DNA of 64,000 bases from Alphaproteobacteria bacterium (GTDB lineage Bacteria; Pseudomonadota; Alphaproteobacteria; MPNO01): contig CBDFLJ010000001.1 of assembly GCA_965248835.1 (NCBI GenBank), positions 256,001 to 320,000 of the forward strand. Direction: 5' to 3'. The notes under the pieces are model-generated. The model searched no databases, was not told the DNA's origin, and was given only the letters and a program-made list of their open reading frames with translations. The stretch's first letter is position 1, and each line of letters opens with the position of its first letter. Made by a program: the position numbers and the translations under genes. Shown here one piece after another: positions 19,718 through 29,145 of the stretch.

Positions 19718-20752
19718 TCAGCCGCCGGCGACCCGCATCTCCTCGGGCACGATGCGCCCGCCGTCGACGATCATCTGGTTGTCGAGATAGAGCGTGCAGC
19801 CCTTGAGCGGGATGTCGAGGTGGCAGAGCGTATCGTTGGTACCGCCGACCTCGGTGTTGGGCCCGGTCGAGAACAGCACGTTGCCGTAGAAGGCGCGGCC
19901 GTCCTGGCCGCCCGATTGGGCCCCGGCGTGGCCAGTCGCCATGAAGTCCCAGCGCGCGTTGGCATCCAGCCCCCAGCCGATGTGCGAGATGGCGTACGCT
20001 CGCGGGTCGTCGAACCCGGCCATGAAGGTGCGCAGCAGCTCAGCATCGAACCCCCCACCCGCGATCCCGGTCACCATGCCGGCCTCGATCGTCAGCGTGA
20101 TCGGATCGATGACGTAGCGCATCAAGGGCAGCAGCATGTCGCCGGTGTCGATGACCACGGTACCGTCGACGCCGTCGTCGTGGGCGGCGGTGTAGAGGAA
20201 CACGCCCGGCCAGGCGTCCCAGCGGCCCGGCGTGTCGGTGAACCCGTATTGTTGGACGACGTGGTACTTGCCGAGCCGGTAGACGACATCGGTGCCGCCG
20301 GGCGAGGTGATGCGCATCTCTTTCGCCTTGCCCAGAATTTCCGCGCCCGCCTCGATGCGCTGCCGGTCGTCCGGTGTGGACAACATGCGGCGCAGCACCT
20401 CGATGTGCTCGACCACCAGCAGCATGCGCGGGCCGGCGGCGGTGATCTCGGTCTGCTCTTCGGACCACAGCAGCCCGACCAGATCGACGACCATGTCCAC
20501 GCCCTTGAGCGCGGTGATAGCCGGCGCATTGCCCTTCAGGGAATTGCCCGGGCCGAAGAAGCTGCCCGGCCGCTTCCTGATGTTGACCTGGAAGGCATCG
20601 GCGCGGAGCGCCGCGGCCGCGGCGAGGAAGGCCGCGGCGTAGTCCGCCCGGACCTCACCCTCAGCCAGGACGGCAAGGCTGGTGCCCGCGCCGACCTTGC
20701 ACAGCTCGAGTTCCTGCCTGAACAGAGAGACCATATCCGCATCGGAAGCCAT
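19718..20752 (-). CDS. NicX-like (2,5-dihydroxypyridine 5,6-dioxygenase family) protein, divergent copy
   Basis: 'YGFTDTPGRWD', 'ISHIGWG', 'RAFYGNVLFSTGPN', 'CHLDIP'. Confidence 0.8.
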   Translation of the reverse strand: MASDADMVSLFRQELELCKVGAGTSLAVLAEGEVRADYAAAFLAAAAALRADAFQVNIRKRPGSFFGPGNSLKGNAPAITALKGVDMVVDLVGLLWSEEQTEITAAGPRMLLVVEHIEVLRRMLSTPDDRQRIEAGAEILGKAKEMRITSPGGTDVVYRLGKYHVVQQYGFTDTPGRWDAWPGVFLYTAAHDDGVDGTVVIDTGDMLLPLMRYVIDPITLTIEAGMVTGIAGGGFDAELLRTFMAGFDDPRAYAISHIGWGLDANARWDFMATGHAGAQSGGQDGRAFYGNVLFSTGPNTEVGGTNDTLCHLDIPLKGCTLYLDNQMIVDGGRIVPEEMRVAGG

Positions 20753-20772
20753 CGTTTCCCCTTTCCTCGCGG

Positions 20773-21972
20773 CTAGCGGGCGTCGCCGTCGCCCTGCATC
20801 GCGTCCAGATAGCGGTTGATCCGGTGATGGATCGCGATCTCCTGAGCGTGCATCGGACCGCCGGCGAACCGCCGCGAACGCAGACCCTTCTGGGTGTATT
20901 GCAGCAATTCCATGTCCTCGCCCGCGAACTTGCGGGCGAAGTCCTTGAGAAGCTCGACCTTCTGCGCGAACGCCGGCGTTTCCTCCGCGCCCTTCCACAG
21001 GCAGGTGAACCCGGTCACCCGCGACCGTTCGGGCCCCAGCGGATAGCTCACCCAGGGCTGGATCATGTCCGCACGGGCCAGGAAGTTGAAGTTCGGCCGC
21101 AGGAAGGCGCTGTAGGCAAAGGACGGGCCGAGCTCGTGATCGGCGAGCCACGGCGTCGGCCCGAACAGAAGCGCGCCGTCGGGCGACATGCTGCGGCTCG
21201 GATAGACCTTGCGCCAGCCCCACTTGGTGAACACCACGTCGCGCAGCGAGGTCTCGCCGAAGCCCTCGGTCGCGAAGCTGCCCTTGTGGATGACCTCGAC
21301 ATGGTAGGTGTCGATCAGGTTCTCCGGCAGAAGCTTCCAGTTGCAGTCGATCTCGTAGGTGAACCGGTCGACCAGCCGCATGTCCTCGGACCGCAGAAAC
21401 GCCGCGGAGTCGGCGAACGCGTCGGCGGCCATGTATTCGGCCAGGCTCGGGCCTTCGTCGTCGAAGCACACGAAGATGCAGCCGCCCCAGGTCTCCAGCC
21501 TGATCGGCGACAGGCCGCAGCTCGCGACATCGAAGCGCGGCAGCCCGCGAGGCTGCGACGGCGCGACCAGCTTGCCGTCGAGGTCATAGATCCAGCCGTG
21601 GAACGGGCAGCGGAAGTCGGGCGTATTGCCGTTTCCCGAGGCGACCGCGGCACCGCGATGCCGGCAGACGTTGGTGAAGGCGCGCAGCGCGCGATGCGCG
21701 TTCATGCAAAGCAGGATCGGCTCGCCGACGATCTCCATGGTCATGAAATCGCCGGGCTCGGAGAGCTCTTCGACTCGGGCGAGCATCAGCCAGTCCCGCA
21801 TGAACAGCTTCTCGACCTCCATCTCGTAGATGTCCGGGGAGGTGTAGTAGTGGCCCGGCAGGTGGCGCGCATCCTCCAGACGCGCGCGCGTCGGCGCGAG
21901 CTCCTCTTCGGAGAAGTATCGCGCAGCGCCGTTGCGCCTGGAGTCTCGGGGGTCGGAGAGGGCAGTGCTCAT
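20773..21972 (-). CDS. Rieske non-heme iron oxygenase alpha subunit
   Basis: Rieske 'CRHRG...CPFHGW'; mononuclear Fe 'NWK..ENLIDTYHVEVIH' and 'GED'. Confidence 0.92.
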   Translation of the reverse strand: MSTALSDPRDSRRNGAARYFSEEELAPTRARLEDARHLPGHYYTSPDIYEMEVEKLFMRDWLMLARVEELSEPGDFMTMEIVGEPILLCMNAHRALRAFTNVCRHRGAAVASGNGNTPDFRCPFHGWIYDLDGKLVAPSQPRGLPRFDVASCGLSPIRLETWGGCIFVCFDDEGPSLAEYMAADAFADSAAFLRSEDMRLVDRFTYEIDCNWKLLPENLIDTYHVEVIHKGSFATEGFGETSLRDVVFTKWGWRKVYPSRSMSPDGALLFGPTPWLADHELGPSFAYSAFLRPNFNFLARADMIQPWVSYPLGPERSRVTGFTCLWKGAEETPAFAQKVELLKDFARKFAGEDMELLQYTQKGLRSRRFAGGPMHAQEIAIHHRINRYLDAMQGDGDAR

Positions 21973-22066
21973 TGGCGGTGCCTCGTTCAACGCCTGTCGG
22001 CTATCGGAGCCTAACAACACGGATTTTGGCCGGCAAGCGCCCGACGCGATCCGCAGCAGGCCTGCG

Positions 22067-22999
22067 CTAGTCTACCAGTCCCACCAGGCGGCGGGCGAAG
22101 GCGGTGGCCTCGAACGGGCGCAGGTCGTCCTCGCCTTCGCCGACGCCGACCGCGTGTACCGCCAGGCCGAAGCGCTCGGCCAGCGCGACCACGACGCCGC
22201 CTTTGGCCGAACCGTCGAGCTTGGTCAGCACCAGCCCGGTGACATCGGTCATCTCCCGGAAGGTGCCGACCTGGGCGTGGGCGTTCTGGCCGGTGGTCGC
22301 ATCGAGTACCAGGAGGCAGGAATGCGGCGCGTCCGGATCGAGCTTGCCGATCACCCGGATGATCTTCTGCAGCTCGGCCATCAGGTCGGCCCGGTTTTGC
22401 AGCCGCCCGGCGGTGTCGACCAGCAGCACGTCGGCGCCCTCGTCGCGCGCCCGCGCCAGGGCGTCGAAGACCAGCCCGGCGGCGTCCGCGCCGGTCGGCC
22501 GGGACACGACCGGGCAGCCGATACGCTCGCCCCACAGCGCGAGCTGGCTGACGCCGGCGGCGCGGAACGTATCGCCGGCGGCCAGCATCACCTTGTGGCC
22601 GTCCTCGCCGAGCTGCTTGGCGAGCTTGCCGATGGTGGTGGTCTTGCCGGTCCCGTTGACGCCGACCACCAGGACGACATGGGGCCTCAGCGCGGCATCG
22701 ATCGTCAGCGGCACGGCAACCGGATCGAGGATGCCGGCGATATCCTCGGCCAGCGCTGCGCGCACCTCCTCGGCCGTGACCTCCGTCCCGAAGCGGGTCC
22801 GGGCCAGGTTGGCCGCGAGCCTGGCGGCGGTCTCGACCCCGAGGTCGGCGCCGATCAGCAGATCTTCGAGCTCTTGCAGCGCCGCCTCATCCAGGGTGCG
22901 CCGCGCGAAGATCCCGGTGATGCCGTCCGACAGCCGGCGCGAGGTCCGCGACAGCCCGGCGCTCAGCCGGCCGAGCCAGGACGTAGGCGCATCGCTCAT
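22067..22999 (-). CDS. ftsY: Signal recognition particle receptor FtsY
   Basis: 'GVNGTGKTTTIGKLA', 'DTFRAA', 'DTAGR', 'TKLDGSAKGG'. Confidence 0.97.
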   Translation of the reverse strand: MSDAPTSWLGRLSAGLSRTSRRLSDGITGIFARRTLDEAALQELEDLLIGADLGVETAARLAANLARTRFGTEVTAEEVRAALAEDIAGILDPVAVPLTIDAALRPHVVLVVGVNGTGKTTTIGKLAKQLGEDGHKVMLAAGDTFRAAGVSQLALWGERIGCPVVSRPTGADAAGLVFDALARARDEGADVLLVDTAGRLQNRADLMAELQKIIRVIGKLDPDAPHSCLLVLDATTGQNAHAQVGTFREMTDVTGLVLTKLDGSAKGGVVVALAERFGLAVHAVGVGEGEDDLRPFEATAFARRLVGLVD

Positions 23000-24237
23000 G
23001 CGTGCAGCCGGCCGTCCAGCGCGCCCGCGCCATGGCCGGTCACGACGGCGGCGACGATCGCGCCCGGCGGCGCCGCGCGGTCGAGTCGCAGCTTGGCGAA
23101 CTGCTCCGTCCGGCCGAGCTGGTCGGACTCGACCAGAACGCGCTCGCGCGCGCCGAGGCGGCTCGCCAGCAGCGCATCCAGCCGCGCAGCGCCCGCCTTG
23201 CGAAGCGCCGCGGCGCGGTCCTTGCGCGCCTGGGCCGCGACCTGCGGCATCCTGGCCGCCGGCGTCCCGGGCCGCGCGGAATAGGGAAAGACGTGCAGAT
23301 ACGAAAGCCCCGCCTGATCGACCAGCGACAGCGAGTCGGCGAACATCGCCTCGGTCTCGGTCGGGAATCCGGCGATCATGTCGGCGCCGAAGACCGCCTC
23401 CGGCCGCGCCCGGCGCACTTCGTCGCAGAATGCGATGATGTCGCCGCGCGCGTGCCGCCGGGCCATGCGCTTGAGGATCATGTCCGATCCGGACTGGGCG
23501 CTGATGTGGAAATGCGGCATCAGCCGCGCGTCTTCGCCGATCGCGTCCATCAGCCCGGCATCGATTTCCGCCGGGTCGAGCGAGGACAGCCGCAACCGCG
23601 GCAGCCCGGTGACCTGCCGCAGGATCGCGCGCACCAGCGCGCCAAGCCCCCGCCGGCCATCGAGGTCGCAGCCGTAATCGGTGATATCGACCCCGGTCAG
23701 CACCACCTCGCGGCAGCCGTTGTCCACCAGGGTGCGGATCTGCGCGATCACCGCATCCGCCGGCAGCGACCGGTTGGGCCCCCGGGCAAACGGGATGATG
23801 CAGAACGTGCAGCGGTGGTCGCAGCCCCGCTGGATCTCGACGAAGGCCCGCACGCGGCCCTCCAGCCCGTCGATCAGGTGCTGCGCGCCCGTGCGCGCGG
23901 CCATGATGTCGCCGACATCGGTGCCCGGACCGGCGCGGTAGCTCGCCGCATCGAGCTTTTCTCGGTTGCCGATGACGCGGTCGACCTCCGGCAGGGCGGC
24001 ATAGCGCGCGGGATCGAGCTGGGCCGCGCAGCCGGTGACGATGATCCGGCGTGCGGGTGCTGCCCGGTGCGCCCGGCGGATCGCCTGGCGCACCTGCCGC
24101 TCGGCCTCGGCGGTGACCGCGCAGGTGTTGACGATAACCGCATCGCGCAGGCCGGCCTCCCCGGCGCGGCGGCGGATCACCTCGGACTCGAAGGCATTCA
24201 GACGGCAGCCGAAGGTGAGGATCTCGGGCGCGCTCAT
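22996..24237 (-). CDS. mtaB: tRNA t6A37 methylthiotransferase MtaB
   Basis: 'TFGCRLNAFES', 'NTCAVT', radical SAM 'GCDHRCTFC'; position between dapF and ftsY. Confidence 0.93.
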   Translation of the reverse strand: MSAPEILTFGCRLNAFESEVIRRRAGEAGLRDAVIVNTCAVTAEAERQVRQAIRRAHRAAPARRIIVTGCAAQLDPARYAALPEVDRVIGNREKLDAASYRAGPGTDVGDIMAARTGAQHLIDGLEGRVRAFVEIQRGCDHRCTFCIIPFARGPNRSLPADAVIAQIRTLVDNGCREVVLTGVDITDYGCDLDGRRGLGALVRAILRQVTGLPRLRLSSLDPAEIDAGLMDAIGEDARLMPHFHISAQSGSDMILKRMARRHARGDIIAFCDEVRRARPEAVFGADMIAGFPTETEAMFADSLSLVDQAGLSYLHVFPYSARPGTPAARMPQVAAQARKDRAAALRKAGAARLDALLASRLGARERVLVESDQLGRTEQFAKLRLDRAAPPGAIVAAVVTGHGAGALDGRLHA

Positions 24238-25055
24238 ACCGGGAAGCAGCCCTTGAAGCTGGCCGCGAACGGCCCGGTCATGTGGACATGGTTGTCCGCG
24301 CGCCAGTCGATCTCCAGCGACCCGCCGTCGAGGACGACTTCTGCCCGGCGCGCGGCGAGCCCGCGGCGCGCGGCGGCGACCACGGCGGCGCAGGCGCCGG
24401 TGCCGCAGGCCTGGGTGAGGCCGGCCCCGCGCTCCCACACCCTCACCCGCAGCCGGTCGCGGGCGAGCACGGTGAGGACGCCAACATTCGCGCGCTCGGG
24501 AAAGATCGGGTGGTGCTCGAGCCTGGGACCGAGCACGGCGAGGTCCACCGCCTCGGCATCGTCGACGAAAAAGACCGCATGCGGGTTGCCCATGCCGACC
24601 GCGGCAGGCCCGCTCAACGCGCCGTCCGCGAGATCGAGCCGCATGGTATCGGCCTGTTCCGCCAGCGGGATGCGTTGCCAGTCGAAGGCAGGCTCGCCCA
24701 TGTCGACGCTGATCAACCCCGGCCCGGCGCGCCGCGCCGCCAGCGTCCCGGCATTGGTGTGCAGCCGGACGGTGTCCTGCGCCAGCTCGTCCATCATCAG
24801 CCCGGCGACGCAGCGGGCCGCGTTGCCGCAGGCATCGACCTCGCCGCCGTCGGCGTTGTAGATGGTGAAATGCACATCGGCGTCAGGGTCGGCCGGCGGC
24901 CCGATGACGATGAACTGGTCGAACCCGATGCCGCGGCGGCGGTCGGCCAGCGCGCGCACGTCCTCGCGTGACAGGCAAGGCGCCTGAAGCCGCGCATCGA
25001 TGATCACGAAGTCGTTGCCGAGCCCGTGCATCTTGATGAAGTCGGTCCGCTGCAT
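24234..25055 (-). CDS. dapF: Diaminopimelate epimerase
   Basis: 'KMHGLGNDF', 'CGNAARC', 'GNPH', 'ERGAGLTQACGTG'. Confidence 0.96.
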   Translation of the reverse strand: MQRTDFIKMHGLGNDFVIIDARLQAPCLSREDVRALADRRRGIGFDQFIVIGPPADPDADVHFTIYNADGGEVDACGNAARCVAGLMMDELAQDTVRLHTNAGTLAARRAGPGLISVDMGEPAFDWQRIPLAEQADTMRLDLADGALSGPAAVGMGNPHAVFFVDDAEAVDLAVLGPRLEHHPIFPERANVGVLTVLARDRLRVRVWERGAGLTQACGTGACAAVVAAARRGLAARRAEVVLDGGSLEIDWRADNHVHMTGPFAASFKGCFPV

Positions 25056-25169
25056 CACAGCGGTAAATATTGCCTCGACCGGGCGAAAGTCTACCGGAAA
25101 CGCCTTTACTCGCGGCCGTCGGATGGCAAGACTGCCACCAATTCGCCAAACCATCCGGGAGAGGCCGTC

Positions 25170-27491
25170 GTGAAGTTCGGAGTGGGACAGCCGGTGCCGC
25201 GGACCGAGGATCCGCGCTTCCTCAAGGGCGAGGGCCGGTATGTCGACGACATCACCCTGCCGGGCCAGGTCCACGCCTATGTCCTGCGCTCGCCGCATGC
25301 CCATGCCGATATCACCGCCATCGATAGCGCTGCGGCGGCGGCCGCGGCGGGCGTGCTGCTGGTGATGACCGGCGAGGATATCCCGGCCGAAGGCGTGCCG
25401 GGCATCCCCCATTTCATCCCGCCGATGGCTTTCGGCGCCCCGCCGCCGAAATTCAGCCCGACTCATCCGGTGCTTGCCCGCCGAAGGGTTCGCCACGTCG
25501 GCGACCCGGTGGCGTGCGTCGTCGCCGAGACTCTCGACCAGGCCAAGGATGCCGCCGAGTTGATCGTTGTCGATTACCAGATCCTGCCCGCGATCACGGC
25601 GACCGCGGATGCGACGTCGCCCGATGCGCCGCAGGTCTGGGAGGAGGCCGACAACAACACCTGGTTCACGATCGAGCGCGGCGACAAGGCCGCCACCGAC
25701 GCGGCTTTCGCCCGGGCCGCCCACGTCACCCGTCTGCCCCTGGTCAACAACCGGCTGATCTGCAACGCGATGGAGCCGCGCGCGACGATCGCCGCCTACG
25801 TTGCCGCCACCGACCACTGGACGGTGTGGACCGAGACCCAGGCCCCGCACGCCCAGCGCACCCATTACGCCAAGGTCTTCGGCAAGCCCGAAGCCCATTT
25901 CCGGGTGATCAGCCCCGATGTCGGGGGCGGCTTCGGGATGAAGAACAACGTCTATTGCGAAGACGTGATGGTCATCATCGCCGCCCGCCGGCTGCAGCGG
26001 CCGGTGCGCTGGACGGCCGACCGCAGCGAAAGCCTGGTCAGCGACGCGCACGCCCGCGACGCGGTCAGCGATGCCGCGCTGGCGCTCGATGCCGAGGGCA
26101 GGTTCCTCGCCATGCGGGTGAAGACCAACCACGCCGTGGGCGCCTATCTTGGCGAGGCCGCAACCGTCCCGGTCGGGCTCGGTTCGACCATGTATGTCGG
26201 CGGCTACGACCTGCCGACCTGTCACATCGAGGTCAACGCCGTCTTTACCAACACGACCCTGATCAGCCCCTATCGCGGCGCCGGGCGGCCGGAGGCGGGC
26301 TACGTCATCGAGCGGCTGGTCGATGCGGCCGCGGTCGAGATGGGGATCGATCCGGTCGCGCTGCGCCGGCGCAACTACATCAAGCAGGCCGCAATGCCTT
26401 ATCAGACCGCGGTCGGCAGCATCTACGACAGCGGCGCGTTCGAGCGCGTCACCGACTTGGCGACCGAGCTTGCCGAAGTCTCGGCGTTCGCCGCCCGCCG
26501 CGCGGAATCGGCCGCCAACGGCAAGCTGCGCGGGCTCGGCATCACCTTCTTCATCGAGGTCGGCGCGCCGTTCAACGACCGCATGCAGGTCTATTTCGAC
26601 CCCACCGGCGGGGTCACGGTTGCCGCCGGCACCCACAACCACGGGCAGGGCCACGAAACGATCTATGCCCAGATGATCTCCGAGTGGCTCGGGGTGCCCT
26701 TCGAGTCGATTCGCCTGGTCCAGGGCGATTCCGATGCCGTCGCCTTCGGGCGCGGCACCTACGGCTCACGCTCGGCGACCATCGGCGGCTCGGCGCTGAA
26801 GGACGCGGCCGACCGGATCATCGACAAGGCAAAGAAGATGGCCGCCCACCTGATGGAGGCGGCCGAGGCCGATATCGAGTTCGCCGAGGGCACGTTCACG
26901 GTCGCCGGCACCGACAAGTCGATCGGCATCGTCCAGGTCGCCCAGGCTTCGTTCATGCCGATGGGCTGGCCGGCCGAGTTCGGCATCGGGTTGGAGGCGA
27001 CGGGGACGTTCTCGCCGTCGAACGGCAACTTCCCCAACGGCTGTCATATCTGCGAGGTCGAGGTCGACCGGGACACCGGCCATGTCGCGCTGGTCCGCTA
27101 CAGCGCGGTCGACGATTCGGGCGTAATCATCAACCCGCTCCTGTTCGAGGGGCAGATCCACGGCGGGCTCGCCCAGGGCATCGGCCAGGCGCTGTGCGAA
27201 TGCGCAGTCTACGACCCCGACTCCGGCCAGCTCATGTCGGGCTCGTTCATGGACTACTGCATGCCGCGTGCCGACGACATGCCTTCGTTCGTGCTGGACG
27301 ACATCGAGGTGCCGTGCACGTCCAACCCGCTGGGCGTCAAGGGCGCGGGCGAGACCGGCACGGTCGCCGCCGTGCCCGCGGTGGTCCATGCCATCCTCGA
27401 TGCGCTGCGTCCGCTGGGCGTCGACAACATCCAGATGCCGGCAACCCCGCTCGCGGTCTGGCAGGCGATCCGCCAGGCGCAGGCGGCGTGA
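25170..27491 (+). CDS. Xanthine dehydrogenase/CoxL-CutL family Mo-binding subunit (stand-alone)
   Basis: 'DVGGGFG', 'PYRGAGRPE', 'GQGHET', 'GQIHGG', 'KGAGE'; GTG start. Confidence 0.93.
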   Translation: MKFGVGQPVPRTEDPRFLKGEGRYVDDITLPGQVHAYVLRSPHAHADITAIDSAAAAAAAGVLLVMTGEDIPAEGVPGIPHFIPPMAFGAPPPKFSPTHPVLARRRVRHVGDPVACVVAETLDQAKDAAELIVVDYQILPAITATADATSPDAPQVWEEADNNTWFTIERGDKAATDAAFARAAHVTRLPLVNNRLICNAMEPRATIAAYVAATDHWTVWTETQAPHAQRTHYAKVFGKPEAHFRVISPDVGGGFGMKNNVYCEDVMVIIAARRLQRPVRWTADRSESLVSDAHARDAVSDAALALDAEGRFLAMRVKTNHAVGAYLGEAATVPVGLGSTMYVGGYDLPTCHIEVNAVFTNTTLISPYRGAGRPEAGYVIERLVDAAAVEMGIDPVALRRRNYIKQAAMPYQTAVGSIYDSGAFERVTDLATELAEVSAFAARRAESAANGKLRGLGITFFIEVGAPFNDRMQVYFDPTGGVTVAAGTHNHGQGHETIYAQMISEWLGVPFESIRLVQGDSDAVAFGRGTYGSRSATIGGSALKDAADRIIDKAKKMAAHLMEAAEADIEFAEGTFTVAGTDKSIGIVQVAQASFMPMGWPAEFGIGLEATGTFSPSNGNFPNGCHICEVEVDRDTGHVALVRYSAVDDSGVIINPLLFEGQIHGGLAQGIGQALCECAVYDPDSGQLMSGSFMDYCMPRADDMPSFVLDDIEVPCTSNPLGVKGAGETGTVAAVPAVVHAILDALRPLGVDNIQMPATPLAVWQAIRQAQAA

Positions 27492-27549
27492 GCCGGACCG
27501 TTCACGCCTTGCCTACAGGCCGGACCGCCAGGCGAACGCCTGCGCCGCC

Positions 27550-28341
27550 TCAGTAGGCCACGTAGAGCGTCGCGCCGCCGTCCACGGCAATCGCCTGGCC
27601 GGTGATGGCGCCGGCCTGTACCGATGCCAGGAAGACGACCAACGGCGCGATGTCGCCGGGCTCGACGACGCGGCCGATCGGAATGCCGGCAGCTATCGCC
27701 TGTTCCGCCGCCTCGAGGGTGAGGCCGCGTTCGCGCGCAACGGCGGCGACGCGGTCGGGGTGGCGCTCGGTTCTGGTGAGAAACGGATGCACGACGTTGA
27801 CGGTGATGCCGTCCGGCGCCGCATCGATGCTGAAATGCTTGACGAAGTTCGCCAGCGCCGCGTTGCCGAGCCCGCCCGGCAGCGAGGCCCGTTCCGGTGC
27901 CCGCGCCGAGGTGCCGCCGATGCAGATGATGCGCCCGCGGCCGGACTTGCGCAGATGCGGCAGTGCGGCGCGGGCGCACCGCATCGAGGCGAGCGTCTTG
28001 CCCATCAGCCGCTCCATCAACGCATCGTCGCCCAGAGTCTCGAGCCGGCCGCTGACGTTGGTCGAGGCGTTGCTCACCAGCACGTCGAGCCGCCCGAACG
28101 CTTCGGCTGCACGCGCGACTGCACGCGTGCAGCCCTCGGCGGTGAAAAGGTCGGCGACGATCGCCGCGGTGCGGACGCCGCGTTCGGCGATCGCCGCGCG
28201 CGCGGTCTGCAAGACTGCCTCCTCTCGCGCGCAAATCGCGACGTCGGCACCGTGCTCGGCGAAGCCGAGCGCGATGGCAAGTCCGATGCCGCGGTTCCCG
28301 CCGGTGACCAGGACCGCCCTGTCTTTCAGACCGAATTCCAC
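27550..28341 (-). CDS. Short-chain dehydrogenase/reductase (atypical, no YxxxK)
   Basis: 'TGGNRGIG', 'DVLVSNA', 'ITGQAIAVDGG'. Confidence 0.88.
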   Translation of the reverse strand: MEFGLKDRAVLVTGGNRGIGLAIALGFAEHGADVAICAREEAVLQTARAAIAERGVRTAAIVADLFTAEGCTRAVARAAEAFGRLDVLVSNASTNVSGRLETLGDDALMERLMGKTLASMRCARAALPHLRKSGRGRIICIGGTSARAPERASLPGGLGNAALANFVKHFSIDAAPDGITVNVVHPFLTRTERHPDRVAAVARERGLTLEAAEQAIAAGIPIGRVVEPGDIAPLVVFLASVQAGAITGQAIAVDGGATLYVAY

Positions 28342-28347
28342 GCGCGT

Positions 28348-28920
28348 TCAGACGACCTTTTGGAGCTTCGGGTTGCGCCGGACATAGGAATTGGTCTCGG
28401 GCTTGTAGTAGGCTCGGTCGTCCTTGTAGCGGCCGCCGACGACGGTCACCGACCAGGTGTCGTCGGTCAGTGCGGTGAAGCCGTGGATCTCCGCCGGCGG
28501 GGCGACGATGGCCATGTCGTTGCGCTCCAGGGTCCTGTCGTCGATGACCTCGAGCTCGGCATAGCCCTCGGTGGTGCCGTCGTCCTTGCGGTCGTAGACG
28601 GTGTGCCGGAGGCGCCCGCTATAGATCGCCATCGCTTCCCACACGCCGTGGTCGTGCGGCGGGATGTCCTTGCCCCTGGGCAGGTGGTCGAAGGTAATCG
28701 ACATCTCGCCGTCATAGTACAGGTAGCGGGACTCATCGATGTGGTTGCCTTCGCGCTTTACGCCCACGCCGGTCAGGTCGCGCGCCAGGATCCTGGTCAA
28801 CGGCTCGCGCAATCCCTCGAGCAGCTTTGGCCCGTCGAAGCCGTGCACCGACATCAGCCGCTGCGCCTCCCGGGCGAGATCGCGGATCGCGTAGTCGTCC
28901 TGTTTGACGCCGTTTGCCAT
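28348..28920 (-). CDS. Cysteine/thiol dioxygenase-like cupin
   Basis: 'PPHDHGVW' and 'EIH' give a three-His facial-triad pattern. Confidence 0.7.
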   Translation of the reverse strand: MANGVKQDDYAIRDLAREAQRLMSVHGFDGPKLLEGLREPLTRILARDLTGVGVKREGNHIDESRYLYYDGEMSITFDHLPRGKDIPPHDHGVWEAMAIYSGRLRHTVYDRKDDGTTEGYAELEVIDDRTLERNDMAIVAPPAEIHGFTALTDDTWSVTVVGGRYKDDRAYYKPETNSYVRRNPKLQKVV

Positions 28921-28991
28921 GGGCTCGGTCTCCTCCCCGGTTCAGCAGAACTGATTTTGTAGATCGAAGTCCGCTCAAACACAAAGCGGCT

Positions 28992-29047
28992 TCACGCGTG
29001 AGAGTCCAAAAATGGACTCCGACCCCGTTTTGCGATTTGCATCGCAA
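28992..29047. promoter_or_regulatory. Operator-like inverted repeats in a divergent promoter
   Basis: TCACGCGTGA (28992-29001), GAGTCCA-N4-TGGACTC (29002-29019), TTGCGAT-N4-ATCGCAA (29030-29047). Confidence 0.55.
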
Positions 29048-29145
29048 GCCTTCGCGTCACCGCGCAGGTCAAACCGGGTGACGCGCCGCCGCCGGCATGG
29101 GTACGATGTCGGGTCCGATGCGATGTCGAGGGGAGGACAGGAGCC

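Noticed and set aside
19718-20752. Leucyl aminopeptidase annotation for the NicX-like genes
   Set aside because: Motifs along the whole length match NicX and the context is aromatic catabolism.
25170-27491. True aerobic CO dehydrogenase
   Set aside because: The loop is PYRGAGR, not AYRCSFR; no adjacent coxM/S or accessory genes.
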